IMG/VR virus record: IMGVR_UViG_3300033121_000168
Location: 1-64,000 of that record
Reading direction: 5' to 3' (one strand)
Source: a virus
Lineage: Duplodnaviria > Heunggongvirae > Uroviricota > Caudoviricetes
DNA length: 64,000 bases
Under the pieces are notes generated by a model. The model saw nothing but the letters and a program-made list of their open reading frames with translations. It had not been told where the DNA came from and searched no databases. Position numbers and translations under genes: made by a program. This document shows, in pieces, positions 53,211 through 63,687 of this stretch (the stretch's first letter is position 1; every line of letters begins with the position of its first letter).

Positions 53211-53461
53211 TAACCAGCAAGATCTTGAATCTTCTGTAGTTGTGCTTTAGCTTTATCCTCAAGATCAGAAATCTTGTTATAAGCCTTAGCTTTAGCAATT
53301 GTCTTGATCAAAGAAACATCTTCAACTTCATCTTCCTTAGCTTGATCAATCAAATCTTTAATATCTTGATCAAGTTCCCAAGTTTCATTAAAAATCTTCA
53401 CAAGCTTTTCAAACAATGTTTCTTCTGTTAGCTTTTCTTTAACTTCCGTAGTTTCTGTCAT
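53210..53461 (-). CDS. acidic hypothetical protein
   Basis: 83 aa. Confidence 0.5.
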   Translation of the reverse strand: MTETTEVKEKLTEETLFEKLVKIFNETWELDQDIKDLIDQAKEDEVEDVSLIKTIAKAKAYNKISDLEDKAKAQLQKIQDLAG

Positions 53462-53462
53462 A

Positions 53463-53657
53463 TTACTCCTTATTACTTTTCACATTATTTGCAAATACCC
53501 ACATCAGAAATGCAGCACTAAACCATTCAAACAAACCATACTTAATTGCCAAAGTTGGGAACAAAGTATTCAGACTTGCAATCAAAGCCAAAGGCCCTGC
53601 AACAATTAGAACAGCAAACAACAGAATAGTAATCAAACCAGCAATAAAATTTTGCAT
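53463..53657 (-). CDS. small membrane protein
   Basis: 64 aa, two TM segments. Confidence 0.45.
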   Translation of the reverse strand: MQNFIAGLITILLFAVLIVAGPLALIASLNTLFPTLAIKYGLFEWFSAAFLMWVFANNVKSNKE

Positions 53658-53737
53658 ATTTTCCTTTCAAATTTTAGGTTAGGTAGGGCTTGGTATTGCC
53701 CTACATTTTAAATCGATTCTAGAGCGTTTTAGAGGCC

Positions 53738-54685
53738 TTAGAAGGGGCTAGTATCATCTGAAGTATCCTCCGGAAGCTTTGCAGATTGAACAGGCTTAGA
53801 ACTCTTAGGAGTTTCTTCAGACTTTTCCTTCTTATCATCTTCTGTTTCAAGTTGCTTTTGAATTTCACTACCTTCGTAGTTCTTAGCACGCTTGATAGTA
53901 TTGATGATATGCCAACGAAGATTACCAAGAGCTTCTTCAGTGTTTTGCTGAGTAAACTGAACCAGGAAAGGAGGATTAGCAATTTCAGGAACTGCTTGGC
54001 CTCGCCCCAAACCACCATTAAACTTGATATATTCCGTCAGATACTTCTTACCCTTTACTTCTTTGAAGTAAATTTGAACTTCAAACTGAAAAGCTTTACC
54101 AAGCAGTTGATCAATATCTTGAGGTTTGAAAATCTCATCAGATTTAATCAGCTTACAGGCAACAGCCATCTTATGGAACAAGTGCTTCTTGTCGAAAGAC
54201 CATGCACCAAGAGAGGTATTTTCCTTAAGAGGTGTAGGACGACCAACAACCATACCCACATTAGGGATAAAGAATTGACCACCAAGCCACAGTCGAAGAG
54301 GTTGAGGATTGGATTCACCATAGAATTGACCCTTATCAATGATGATATCAGGGAAGTCAACTGCAACTGCAACCGATTGAATAGGCTTTTGAGGCCAGCA
54401 CTTCAGACGAACAGGTTTCTTAGTTTCTTCATCAATACCATCCTTGAAATAAGTCAAGGGATGCTTTTCAATTGCAGCAGCTTCATCATCTGCGTCACCA
54501 TTGAAAACAACTTCAGCATCATCTTGTTCTTGTTCACCAAGATCAACAATACCAGAAATATAACCAGCTAAAACTTCCTTAGTTTCCAAACCAGCAGTCT
54601 CAACAAGATACTGATTCATCTTTTCATAATCAACCTTAGGCTGATCTGATTCACTACGAGTTGCTGCTGTAACATTAAATGCCAT
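53738..54685 (-). CDS. putative single-stranded DNA-binding protein (acidic C-terminal ...DDTSPF tail)
   Basis: 315 aa, in the replication block; C-terminal acidic tail ending D-D-T-S-P-F resembles the DDDIPF protein-interaction tail of bacterial and phage SSBs. Confidence 0.45.
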   Translation of the reverse strand: MAFNVTAATRSESDQPKVDYEKMNQYLVETAGLETKEVLAGYISGIVDLGEQEQDDAEVVFNGDADDEAAAIEKHPLTYFKDGIDEETKKPVRLKCWPQKPIQSVAVAVDFPDIIIDKGQFYGESNPQPLRLWLGGQFFIPNVGMVVGRPTPLKENTSLGAWSFDKKHLFHKMAVACKLIKSDEIFKPQDIDQLLGKAFQFEVQIYFKEVKGKKYLTEYIKFNGGLGRGQAVPEIANPPFLVQFTQQNTEEALGNLRWHIINTIKRAKNYEGSEIQKQLETEDDKKEKSEETPKSSKPVQSAKLPEDTSDDTSPF

Positions 54686-54726
54686 ATAAATTTCCTTTCA
54701 AATAAATTAAGCTATCATCGGCTAGC

Positions 54727-55017
54727 TTAGGGCCAATCATGAAAGCCTCTTAATCGAGACATAATATAACTCATAATATCTGGAGATACACAAGTTAAAA
54801 ACTCAATTGAATTCAATTGCATTCCAGTTCCTCTAATATCTTCTAATTGTTTAAATACCCTGCACTTGATAAAACTATTTTCAAATCTTGCTTCTTTATT
54901 TCTAAAACTGATTTCCCAAGGTACATTAGAAGTCTCATTCAGATTCTGTAAGTATCTATCAGCTTGTTCATAATCTCTGCAAACTACAAGTTTGAGTAAA
55001 TACATAACATTCTCCAT
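54727..55017 (-). CDS. hypothetical protein, paralog 1 of a tandem pair
   Basis: Shares VVC..QA..YL...IRG...EFLT...SRLR with the next gene; preceded by a GCCCTAAGCTAGCC motif. Confidence 0.5.
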   Translation of the reverse strand: MENVMYLLKLVVCRDYEQADRYLQNLNETSNVPWEISFRNKEARFENSFIKCRVFKQLEDIRGTGMQLNSIEFLTCVSPDIMSYIMSRLRGFHDWP

Positions 55018-55043
55018 TAAAATTAATAAACTATTACGCTAGT

Positions 55044-55301
55044 TTAGGGCTTCAAACGTAATCTCGAAAGTATAAATTCGAAATCTTTATTAGAAATTTC
55101 ATTAGTTAAAAATTCAACTCCATTTACTTCAACACCTCTAATTCTGTCCAAGTAGTCAGGAGTACAACAAAATATTTTTTCATTAAGTTTTTGAGCAGTA
55201 AAATTACTGAAATAGACTTTCCAGTCTTCACCTAAAGAACTAAGATAAAGTTTTGCTTGAGTTGTATTTTTACAAACTACAATTTTGTGAATTTTAAACA
55301 T
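55044..55301 (-). CDS. hypothetical protein, paralog 2 of a tandem pair
   Basis: Homologous to 54727-55017; preceded by a CCCTGGACCTAGCC motif. Confidence 0.5.
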   Translation of the reverse strand: MFKIHKIVVCKNTTQAKLYLSSLGEDWKVYFSNFTAQKLNEKIFCCTPDYLDRIRGVEVNGVEFLTNEISNKDFEFILSRLRLKP

Positions 55302-55475
55302 AAATCTCCTTAAAATCCCAGCTTACTATACTACTGGGTCAGTGCCCCCTGGCTAGGTCCAGGGCTTAGTATATTTTCATACACTCTGACAGATCAAGCT
55401 AAATTATAACTTACTTTGGAAGATTAGACAATAGTTCATTACGAATATCATCTAGAGTGAACTTAGTTACTTTAA

Positions 55476-55661
55476 TCATTCTTGTACCTTTACCCAAATG
55501 ATCTTGTGTTTACAGCAATCTGTTTCTTCATGTTCAGCCGATGCTTCACAACCTTTACCTGTCATAAAGAAGTCACATCCTTCACAAGAAGGAAGATCAA
55601 GGTTACACATCTCAATAGGTTCTTTAGATTCATAAGTTTCACCTTCAAAAACAAAGTACAT
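55476..55661 (-). CDS. small Cys-rich protein
   Basis: 61 aa, 6 Cys (CNLDLPSCEGCDFF..CEAS..DCC). Confidence 0.4.
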   Translation of the reverse strand: MYFVFEGETYESKEPIEMCNLDLPSCEGCDFFMTGKGCEASAEHEETDCCKHKIIWVKVQE

Positions 55662-55813
55662 AAATTTCCTTTCCTTTACATTAATCGTCTAATTCTTCTA
55701 ACTCAACTAACTCAGTTAAATCTCCTTTAAGAGTCAGTTTATTAGCTTGTTCGATGTAGTATTCATAGTTGATATCTTGAAGTGTAGTAGGAACTTGATT
55801 ACATGTCAAGGGG

Positions 55814-57928
55814 TTAGTGAACTTCCTTCCAGTTTTTACCAACTTTACCTTCACCCTCTAGTGGGACTTTGATACCAAGAAACTCACCTGCCTTTTTAAT
55901 AGCCTTTTCAATAAGCTCAGACACCTCTTCAGCAATTTCATCTTGACACTCAAGCTCAACTTCATCGTGAAAATAACCAATCCTTTTTACAGAGTAACCT
56001 TTGTAAAAATAGTATGGCCTGCGCAAATCATCCCACTTCAATCCACCCAACCACACATCTAGGAAGCAACAAGCGTAGTCCATTGCAATACCGCCACAAC
56101 TCTGGAATATTGTGTTCAATAAAGCTGATTTCTTACGAGTCAAAAGAATTCTACCATCAATAGCTGGAAGATATTTCTTCTGTCCAGTATTTTCCCAATA
56201 GCTTTCAAGGTTCTTCTTGAGCAAGGCTGTTCCAGGGTTAGCATCCCAAAAAGATTCAAGAGCAATCTTACCATATTTCTCAGGAATACCCAATGTGCTT
56301 GCAACCTTCGGTGCTGCTGCACCATATAAAATTGCGTAGAATCCATTTTTACTTTTATTCCGATATGGTTTCCATTCAGGATCTTCCTTGTTGAAGTTTG
56401 GAGAAGCATACATTGTTGCAACTTTCTCATAGATACTCCCATAGAAAGCATTGGCATTTTTGGAGTGAACGTCACCTTTTAGTAGTTCTTCAGCAGTTGC
56501 CCCATTGTCATACTTGAAAGTGTAGTGCCCTTGGACCCGTCCCTCAAGTGCTGCTGCGTCACCTGCTGCAATTAGGTGATTATCTTCAGCAATCCATAAC
56601 TCTCTGAATTCATACCCGAGCAATACTTTAGGATCTGCTTTTGGTACGTTTACAACAACCCTGTGTTTTTGGCGATGTGTTGCAGCTATACCAGTTCTTC
56701 CTGCCCCAATACGACCATCATACTGCAGTCTTGGATTTTCAAGCCAACCAGTTAATACAGATAATCTATTACGGAGAGACAGCCACTTGACAACGTTCTT
56801 AACTAACTCACCTTCAAGCTTTTCAAGATTGGGACATAACTTACCTTGTTCTTGAAGTTTAGGTGTTGTAAGGATAAGTTGCCTAGTTTTTGGATCTCTC
56901 TCTGGTTTGCCGTTGGCATCTCTTTTAAAGTTAAACAAAGTTGGTTCCCAACCAATGGATAGGAACCAGTCTTTCATCTGATCCTGATTAGCCATTTCCA
57001 TTGGCAGAGTTATATCTAAAATTCTAGAGCTTTCAGGTGAATACTCTTTACCATAGAATTCCCATTTGCCATTATCCTTGACTACACCATTATGCTTAAG
57101 CACAAACTTATCCCAATGACTACTGTATTCACCAGATTTCTTAAAAGGTTTTGCTGGCATCCTGAAATTAGCTTCTTCAGTTTTCTTCAAAGGGCGCGGT
57201 GGGAGTTGAGGTTCAACAATAGCCCTAATCTCTTCCATCATGCCTTCAATACGGACTTGCAGTTTCAGCGCGGCCTGAATATCGAATTTCCAACCAGTTA
57301 GTTCCTGACAAGACATTAAATAGAAGGCTTTTTGACCAGCTTTAAAATGTGCAGGCCATGTATTATAATCCCAGGTCTTATAAACAGAAATCCATTCACG
57401 GATAAGATCAATAAAAGTGAGTTTACCAATGTAAGTATCTCGTTCACAGTACTCATCCATCAGAGGGTGAAAGTTTTTAAACTCATAACCCTCTGGTGAG
57501 TCGGCAGGGATAGCCCCAACATCAACAAGATTTTGACGGAAGTCTAGCTTAGGCATATTAAACTTATCACCAAAATACTCAATACCATGCCGTTCACGAT
57601 CTGGGTTTAGGTACATTGACAAATAAAAGGTATCTACAAAATTTACTTCTCTGTCTTCAATTTTGTCTGGCCCAACTGAGTATTCAATCCCTAGAAGAAA
57701 CATTAAGATAAAAATATCATAACCTAGGCCATTATGGAAAGAGATATTAGGCTTCTGATAACTGCCTACCCACTCTAGGAATTTATCCTTAGCATCTGGA
57801 TCTCTGAAGGGGTGGATTTGGAGTTTACGATCTGAATCAAGATCCTCTAGATTAATAACCCAGAGATTCTTAGCTTCAAAGACAAATCCATCTGCTTCAG
57901 TGTCAATTGAAAATCCATTATACTTCAT
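55814..57928 (-). CDS. DNA polymerase, family A (Pol I/T7-like) with 3'-5' exonuclease domain
   Basis: Exo I FSIDTEADG, Exo II HNGLGYD; polymerase motif A AAGDAAALEGRVQ, motif B RNKSKNGFYAILYG, motif C YFHDEVELE. Confidence 0.85.
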   Translation of the reverse strand: MKYNGFSIDTEADGFVFEAKNLWVINLEDLDSDRKLQIHPFRDPDAKDKFLEWVGSYQKPNISFHNGLGYDIFILMFLLGIEYSVGPDKIEDREVNFVDTFYLSMYLNPDRERHGIEYFGDKFNMPKLDFRQNLVDVGAIPADSPEGYEFKNFHPLMDEYCERDTYIGKLTFIDLIREWISVYKTWDYNTWPAHFKAGQKAFYLMSCQELTGWKFDIQAALKLQVRIEGMMEEIRAIVEPQLPPRPLKKTEEANFRMPAKPFKKSGEYSSHWDKFVLKHNGVVKDNGKWEFYGKEYSPESSRILDITLPMEMANQDQMKDWFLSIGWEPTLFNFKRDANGKPERDPKTRQLILTTPKLQEQGKLCPNLEKLEGELVKNVVKWLSLRNRLSVLTGWLENPRLQYDGRIGAGRTGIAATHRQKHRVVVNVPKADPKVLLGYEFRELWIAEDNHLIAAGDAAALEGRVQGHYTFKYDNGATAEELLKGDVHSKNANAFYGSIYEKVATMYASPNFNKEDPEWKPYRNKSKNGFYAILYGAAAPKVASTLGIPEKYGKIALESFWDANPGTALLKKNLESYWENTGQKKYLPAIDGRILLTRKKSALLNTIFQSCGGIAMDYACCFLDVWLGGLKWDDLRRPYYFYKGYSVKRIGYFHDEVELECQDEIAEEVSELIEKAIKKAGEFLGIKVPLEGEGKVGKNWKEVH

Positions 57929-57939
57929 CTTATCCTTTC

Positions 57940-59586
57940 TTAGAAATCCTCCCCTTCATTAGCAAGAAGAACTTCCCATGTATTATCATCCACTGTGAAT
58001 TCATCACAAGCACCTAAGTAGCCCCAAGGTCTATTCTTGAGAACTGTAAGTCTAACACGACCACGACTACGGTCAGGCTTAATTTCAGGTTCAAGACCAA
58101 TAATTACAAAAGATAGTTGTTCTAATGCTGCACTTCCTCGCATCATTTCTTTTGTAACTTTTACCCAGAAAGGTTCATCTTCTTTCCCCTTTGGAGGTTT
58201 AAATTGTTCAGCAGCAGTTCTATTGATGTGTGAAATAGCAATAATACAAACTTCATTAGCTGCACAGAAAGCAGCCAGTTCTGTCATGATCATATCTAGT
58301 TCTTTTCGTTCATTTTCTACAGCAGACCCACTCACTACAACTGAAAGATGGTCCAAGATAATGTACTTACACCCCTCAACCAAGTGCATGTGTTTAATCT
58401 TCGCCATAAGTTCAGTAATAGGTAAAGAACCGAAATGGCCTAACATGATCACTCTATCATTCTGACAAATTTCTTCATAAGCTCGCCTGATATCTTGTTC
58501 ACTAGCAACTGATAGAGGGTCATTCTTGAATCTCAAATAATTGACTTTAAGTTTTGATGCTACTGCTCGCTGAAGGGTTTCTTTATTGGTTTCTTCTAAA
58601 TAGATCTGACCGACTCGTTCACCATGCTCAATAAAGGCGTTTGCAATAATACTACTTACAGTACTCTTACCAACACCACTTGGCGCAGTTAATAAAACTA
58701 ACTCCCTAGTCCTAAACCCATGTAGTTTATCCATCAGTTTTGGGAAAGAATTTACATAAAGACCTTCAGGACGCTTAGTAATTAACTCTTCAAAACTAAT
58801 ATCACTGGCCTTCACAATCTTCTCAGCAGAGAATACACGCTTCCCAAATTGAACAAGCTTGCCAAGATCAGCAGACTTATTATTTTGAAGATAGTCTGAG
58901 GCATCTTTAAACCCATCGCAAGGCGTCAAAGTCATTAGGCTAACGCCTGACCCCACTAACGCATTTGCAACCTGTTCGCGTGCTTCATGACCCTTTACAA
59001 TCCCCTTCTTAGCTTCTGCTGGAGTGCAATGATCATCATCAAAGAAGATAGTAACTGCATCATAACTCTTTACAAATGTATCATTATGCAGAATAGCTTC
59101 GACTGCATTCTTAGTCCCCATTGGGATAGAAACTACTGTTGGTTCAATACCTTCATATTTTGTACCTTTGACACTATCAATACAGGCTTGGTAAACACTA
59201 AGCTGATCCCATTCGCCTTCTGTCAGAATAAGATTTGAACGCTTGCGGTTCATTTCCTCTACAGTATTTTGACCAAAGAGTTTATTCCCAATTGTAACTG
59301 CACCCACAGTAGTCCAATGATAGTCATGAGACTTGTCTACAGTAATATCTTGTCGCTTATAACCTGTAATCTTCCCTTTCTGGTTAAAGGATGGAAAGTA
59401 GAATGCTTCAATGGTCTTACCATCCTTCTCTGAGAGTCCCGCACGTACTCCAAATTTTTCACAGACCTCTTTACGAATACCTCGTTCTGGAAAATCTTTA
59501 AACGGATACTTCTGAACGTCTGCTACTGTCTCTACTTTTTTATTTGGATTTGTATTCATAAATACCTTTTGTTTTTTATCGTACAT
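57940..59586 (-). CDS. primase-helicase (T7 gp4-like: TOPRIM primase + DnaB-family helicase)
   Basis: TOPRIM (LTEGEWD, IFFDDD), helicase Walker A LLTAPSGVGKST, Walker B/H3 region IILDHLSVV. Confidence 0.85.
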   Translation of the reverse strand: MYDKKQKVFMNTNPNKKVETVADVQKYPFKDFPERGIRKEVCEKFGVRAGLSEKDGKTIEAFYFPSFNQKGKITGYKRQDITVDKSHDYHWTTVGAVTIGNKLFGQNTVEEMNRKRSNLILTEGEWDQLSVYQACIDSVKGTKYEGIEPTVVSIPMGTKNAVEAILHNDTFVKSYDAVTIFFDDDHCTPAEAKKGIVKGHEAREQVANALVGSGVSLMTLTPCDGFKDASDYLQNNKSADLGKLVQFGKRVFSAEKIVKASDISFEELITKRPEGLYVNSFPKLMDKLHGFRTRELVLLTAPSGVGKSTVSSIIANAFIEHGERVGQIYLEETNKETLQRAVASKLKVNYLRFKNDPLSVASEQDIRRAYEEICQNDRVIMLGHFGSLPITELMAKIKHMHLVEGCKYIILDHLSVVVSGSAVENERKELDMIMTELAAFCAANEVCIIAISHINRTAAEQFKPPKGKEDEPFWVKVTKEMMRGSAALEQLSFVIIGLEPEIKPDRSRGRVRLTVLKNRPWGYLGACDEFTVDDNTWEVLLANEGEDF

Positions 59587-59622
59587 TTAAACTCCTTTCA
59601 TACAAATCTGCCATAGTTCTCC

Positions 59623-60162
59623 TTATATTTCTCTAATTTGTCTTTCTATAATTTCCTTGGATAAACTATAATCTATACCGTCAGTAAATCTTTGAACATA
59701 TCCTTTTGGTAGAGTTACTTCAGTTTCAATACCTAATTTATAACCTGCTTTAGCTCCTGCTAAATCTGCACCAGTTTGTCCACCAGAATAAATCTTATCA
59801 AACTTCCAATATTCATGTACTTTAGAAATAATTCTAAATACTACTGAATCTACTTCAGGCTGAAAAATCATGTGCTTTGAAAAAGTATAAATACCATTTC
59901 CAGCAACATTAAGACTTTTAAGATTTACGTTTTTACAATGTCTCCATAATACTCTGGCGTGATTCAGTAAATATTCATCTGACATATCTTTCCAGATTTT
60001 CAGTTGAACAATATTAGCACCAGCAGCTTTATGCGTACAACGCTCTCCAGCAGTAGAAAAATCAACTGCAAAAGCTACAGTAAGATCTGCTGATTTAGCA
60101 TTGTAATATGTCCTTGGTGTGTACTTAGAAGAAGTTGATTCTTTAATGATCAGTTTATTCAT
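59623..60162 (-). CDS. Rossmann-fold SLOG/YpsA-like protein (second copy of this fold in the block)
   Basis: C-terminal half carries YSGGQTGADLAGAKAG (G-G-Q-T-G-A-D signature of YpsA/LOG-like SLOG proteins). Confidence 0.4.
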   Translation of the reverse strand: MNKLIIKESTSSKYTPRTYYNAKSADLTVAFAVDFSTAGERCTHKAAGANIVQLKIWKDMSDEYLLNHARVLWRHCKNVNLKSLNVAGNGIYTFSKHMIFQPEVDSVVFRIISKVHEYWKFDKIYSGGQTGADLAGAKAGYKLGIETEVTLPKGYVQRFTDGIDYSLSKEIIERQIREI

Positions 60163-60317
60163 TTACAAGCCTCAAATGACTTGAGCTACAAATAAAGCTG
60201 GAACAATAATAGGCCAGTAAAGAAATATAACAAATCTTGGAATAGTACGTTCAAGATAATCACTTAGTACACAACCAATGATCCCATACCATAAACCAAA
60301 CAAAATTAGACACCAAC

Positions 60318-60629
60318 TCATTCTTCCTCCAACTCATCTTCAAGCATTTCATCTTCACTGATATCAACATAATCAAAAGGATTATAACCAGAAATAGTGC
60401 CGTCACCAATAATTTCAATAAACTTTTGAATAAACTCTTGATCTTCTGTTTTGATAACAAAATCATCAGCAGAGATTGTACCAGAAATCTCAGAGTGCTT
60501 ACCAAGGATTTCTCCAAAGTATACTTCTTTTCCTTCGATCTTTTCTAAGTCTTGTTTATTACAAATGAATAAACCTGAAACATCCCCCATTCTTCCACAA
60601 TCCCAAAAGAACTCTACAATTACTTTCAT
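60318..60629 (-). CDS. acidic hypothetical protein
   Basis: 103 aa ending in EDELEEE; preferred over the overlapping low-complexity ORF 60260-60517. Confidence 0.5.
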   Translation of the reverse strand: MKVIVEFFWDCGRMGDVSGLFICNKQDLEKIEGKEVYFGEILGKHSEISGTISADDFVIKTEDQEFIQKFIEIIGDGTISGYNPFDYVDISEDEMLEDELEEE

Positions 60630-60638
60630 GTTTACTCC

Positions 60639-60950
60639 TTAGTGCCAATCCAAACAAAGATGGATTTCAGCTTGTTGACCTGTAATCTTTTCAAATTGAT
60701 CCTTAAGCTTTTGAATTTTGAAAACAATTAATCCATTATCTTCAATTACCTGATATCCCTTATACAACTTAAATCCAATAACTGGATTATCATCATTGTC
60801 TCCTTCCATAAAAGAAGTCAAAGTATCATTGTCAATAAGATCATCAATATCTTCTCTAGTAATTTCAGAACGAAGTAAACCTACAGCTAAAACTGGATAA
60901 TAATAACTAGACATCTTCCAAAATCTCCTTAATAGTTTCATCAACAACAT
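60639..60950 (-). CDS. hypothetical protein
   Basis: 103 aa. Confidence 0.5.
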   Translation of the reverse strand: MLLMKLLRRFWKMSSYYYPVLAVGLLRSEITREDIDDLIDNDTLTSFMEGDNDDNPVIGFKLYKGYQVIEDNGLIVFKIQKLKDQFEKITGQQAEIHLCLDWH

Positions 60951-61106
60951 CTTGATATTTCTTCAAAACAATATCAGCATTCTTTCATTGACTTGGATAC
61001 TCTGAATCAGAATACATCCAATGATTTTCTCCTAAACTAAAAACACGAGAGAAGGCATGTCTAAGTTTTTCTTCTTTAGTCATTACAAATTTAGTCATTT
61101 TGGTCC

Positions 61107-62069
61107 TTACATATCATTATCATTACGAATGCACTGAAACTGTGCAAACCTTGGTTTATCTTTAGTACCTTTTGGAAAGAGTTTAAACTTACCGATTTTC
61201 ATCAGGAGTTCATGTTGGTTCTCAAAGTAGTACTTACGTTCATCATGATTCATTTTACCAGGGGCAACATCAATTTTCAAACCTTCTTTTAACAAGACTT
61301 CTTCAGTCTGAGGGTCTACGATGTCTTTTAAGAGAGTTCCACGAAGAGTACCTACCATACCATTAGGCTGCATGTTTTCGGCGTTTGTAGAGCGTTCTGT
61401 GCGGCCCAAGAGGTTAACCTTAGCTTCATTTGCATTGTGCTTACCTTCAATGATCTCTTCAATCAAGAATTCACCATCAATAAATCGTTTGATACGCCAT
61501 GCACCCATGAAAGTTTTACCACATCGACCATACTTATACCCAGTCTTAGGATCACGAATAATAGCACCTTCATAACCAAGATTCAAATATCTATCTTCTT
61601 CTTCAAGAAGTTCTTCCATATTGTAAACAATCTTTGATTCAATAATGTGAAGTCTACTCCTAAGTTCATTATCATAAATGAATTCAAGCTTTTCACACAT
61701 ACTTGCAATTCGATACCCATATTCAAGATCCTTTGTAGAATCCGTACAGTAGTCAAACAACCACCAGTGAATATCTGGTTCACCTTCAATACGACGCAAA
61801 GCACCAGAACTAATACGACAAAGATCTGCAAGAGTTGGATCAGTACCAAGAATCTTTTCACCACAGAAACCATGTAATTCAGGAATACTAAACTTTTGTA
61901 CAGTATACAAATTATCATGTGCTCTTAGGCTTCGACCAACACAATTCCCATGTCTATTAAGACTATGAACACCGTCTATTTTTGCCTGAATAATACAAGG
62001 AAATTTTACCTTTTCCTGAATCCAGTCACAAGCCAACATTGGTTTAAATTTATCCATATGTTCTTTCAC
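61107..62069 (-). CDS. ATP-dependent DNA ligase
   Basis: Motif I QAKIDGVHS (KxDG), motif IV-like EGAIIRD; 320 aa typical of T7-type ligases. Confidence 0.85.
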   Translation of the reverse strand: MKEHMDKFKPMLACDWIQEKVKFPCIIQAKIDGVHSLNRHGNCVGRSLRAHDNLYTVQKFSIPELHGFCGEKILGTDPTLADLCRISSGALRRIEGEPDIHWWLFDYCTDSTKDLEYGYRIASMCEKLEFIYDNELRSRLHIIESKIVYNMEELLEEEDRYLNLGYEGAIIRDPKTGYKYGRCGKTFMGAWRIKRFIDGEFLIEEIIEGKHNANEAKVNLLGRTERSTNAENMQPNGMVGTLRGTLLKDIVDPQTEEVLLKEGLKIDVAPGKMNHDERKYYFENQHELLMKIGKFKLFPKGTKDKPRFAQFQCIRNDNDM

Positions 62070-62266
62070 AGAAAGATCACCTTATAACCAGCTTCTTCCA
62101 AAAGATATTCAATTGCATCTTTTGAAGAATCACAATTATCTCCATAAGGAACTTCAATACTCAAATCTTTAAAAGGTAGTTGAATGTCAACTTGATTCCC
62201 ATCGAGGCCAGATGTAACTCTAACTCTAGCATACTTTTGATCAAGTCTAGCATCAAACATGCTCAT
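62066..62266 (-). CDS. hypothetical protein
   Basis: 66 aa, overlapping start. Confidence 0.45.
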   Translation of the reverse strand: MSMFDARLDQKYARVRVTSGLDGNQVDIQLPFKDLSIEVPYGDNCDSSKDAIEYLLEEAGYKVIFL

Positions 62267-62516
62267 CAGGCTTCTCCTTATGTTCAGTATTCATTTCATG
62301 AATCTTATCTACACAATCTAAACAAATATGAATATTCTGTCCTCGATTTCTCCGAGAGTACATGCTAAGCATATATTCACCAACTTGAATTTTCTTATCA
62401 CAAGCTCTACAGAATGCTTGTCGTTGTGCTTTACGAATTTCCATGTTATTCCTTTTCAATATTAAGTTGATAACATAACCAATCCAAATCCTGCGCGATT
62501 CTTGCAAATTCACCAC
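62253..62516 (-). CDS. zinc-finger small protein
   Basis: CRACDKK...CLDC double CxxC. Confidence 0.45.
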   Translation of the reverse strand: MVNLQESRRIWIGYVINLILKRNNMEIRKAQRQAFCRACDKKIQVGEYMLSMYSRRNRGQNIHICLDCVDKIHEMNTEHKEKPDEHV

Positions 62517-62745
62517 ACTCAGGAATTCTAGCTTTAAGAGTATGAGTCATAGCAATGTCTCTGGCATCTAAAAGGGCTTTTGATTGTTGTTCATCCAACT
62601 TTGGTTTCAATAATTCAACTAACATCCAATACACAAGATTGTCACCAGTCAAATCTTTCCATTCTTCACCATATCTGAGAGCTTTCAATATTCCATTATT
62701 ATTTATAATTGTATATTTACCATCACACACTGTAACCGCTTCCAT
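62446..62745 (-). CDS. hypothetical protein
   Basis: 99 aa. Confidence 0.45.
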   Translation of the reverse strand: MEAVTVCDGKYTIINNNGILKALRYGEEWKDLTGDNLVYWMLVELLKPKLDEQQSKALLDARDIAMTHTLKARIPECGEFARIAQDLDWLCYQLNIEKE

Positions 62746-62983
62746 GTTAAATCATTCCATTCAAAACAGCAAGCAAGATATTTACAGATTGAATTACTGC
62801 AGATTGTTGCTGTAGGTTAAGATCATTCCAAGATCGTGTATCACCATAAGCTACACAAATCTTAGCCCAATATTTTTCAATATCACTCATCCTTTACTCC
62901 CTTATAAATTTTAAGTATATCAATAGCATACTCACCAATGATAACGAGGATAATCACAATACCAACAAAAGTCCAGAAGTCCA

Positions 62984-63328
62984 TCATGTCACCTTATTAA
63001 AGAAAGAGAAGTAAATCAGATCAGTAATAAACCCATAACCATCTTGGTTAAAAGATTCCAGATAAGATTCTTCATCAAGAAGCACATCACTGAATTTACC
63101 CTCAATAAATCCAGCTTGGACAAGAGGAATAATCAGATCATTTTCCCAACCTGAATTTCCAAATGGCCGCTTAGAACTAAAACCTTCTCCTTCAATCCAC
63201 AAAGTTTCAAGCAACTTATGTAAATATTCACGAACAGTAATAGTTTCATCTTCAAAATTAAATTTAACTCTTAAAGCTTTTCGTAATTGTTTTTCATATT
63301 CTGTCATACGAGTTCCTTTCTTGACCAC
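62984..63328 (-). CDS. hypothetical protein
   Basis: 114 aa. Confidence 0.5.
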   Translation of the reverse strand: MVKKGTRMTEYEKQLRKALRVKFNFEDETITVREYLHKLLETLWIEGEGFSSKRPFGNSGWENDLIIPLVQAGFIEGKFSDVLLDEESYLESFNQDGYGFITDLIYFSFFNKVT

Positions 63329-63687
63329 TTGTTAATCAATCTAGCATCTTCAACATCAAGCTGCATCAAATCTACATTCAATCGTTTGCAGTTTTCTGCA
63401 AGAGTCTTTAGACGGTTGTATGAACTCTTATGTGCATTTTCTGCATAGAAGAATGCGTAGTTATACACATCAAGAGAGTAGTAGTATTTCTTTACACCTT
63501 CATAAGAATCATCATATTTAGGGTAGCCAAAGATGTTACGCCACCAAGTCTTTTCATTCTTGTCTACCAACCATTTCTGATGAAGTTCTTTTTTCTTTTC
63601 TTCTCGATAAGAAATGATATTGTCAAGTGCATCAGAAGCAAGTTCAGATACTTTTCGTTCTTCTACATAGATGCAACTTTGATTCAT
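63304..63687 (-). CDS. hypothetical protein
   Basis: 127 aa. Confidence 0.5.
   Translation of the reverse strand: MNQSCIYVEERKVSELASDALDNIISYREEKKKELHQKWLVDKNEKTWWRNIFGYPKYDDSYEGVKKYYYSLDVYNYAFFYAENAHKSSYNRLKTLAENCKRLNVDLMQLDVEDARLINKWSRKELV

Noticed and set aside
53786-54571. 261-aa plus-strand ORF
   Set aside because: Antisense to the SSB-like gene; low-complexity Leu/Phe-rich translation
60260-60517. 85-aa low-complexity ORF overlapping 60318-60629
   Set aside because: Hydrophobic low-complexity product in an alternate frame of a better acidic protein gene; a shorter 49-aa membrane ORF (about 60166-60302) may exist instead but is unverified
61321-61918. ORFs antisense or out of frame within the ligase gene
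   Set aside because: The ligase frame carries KxDG and other ligase motifs; the alternatives are low complexity
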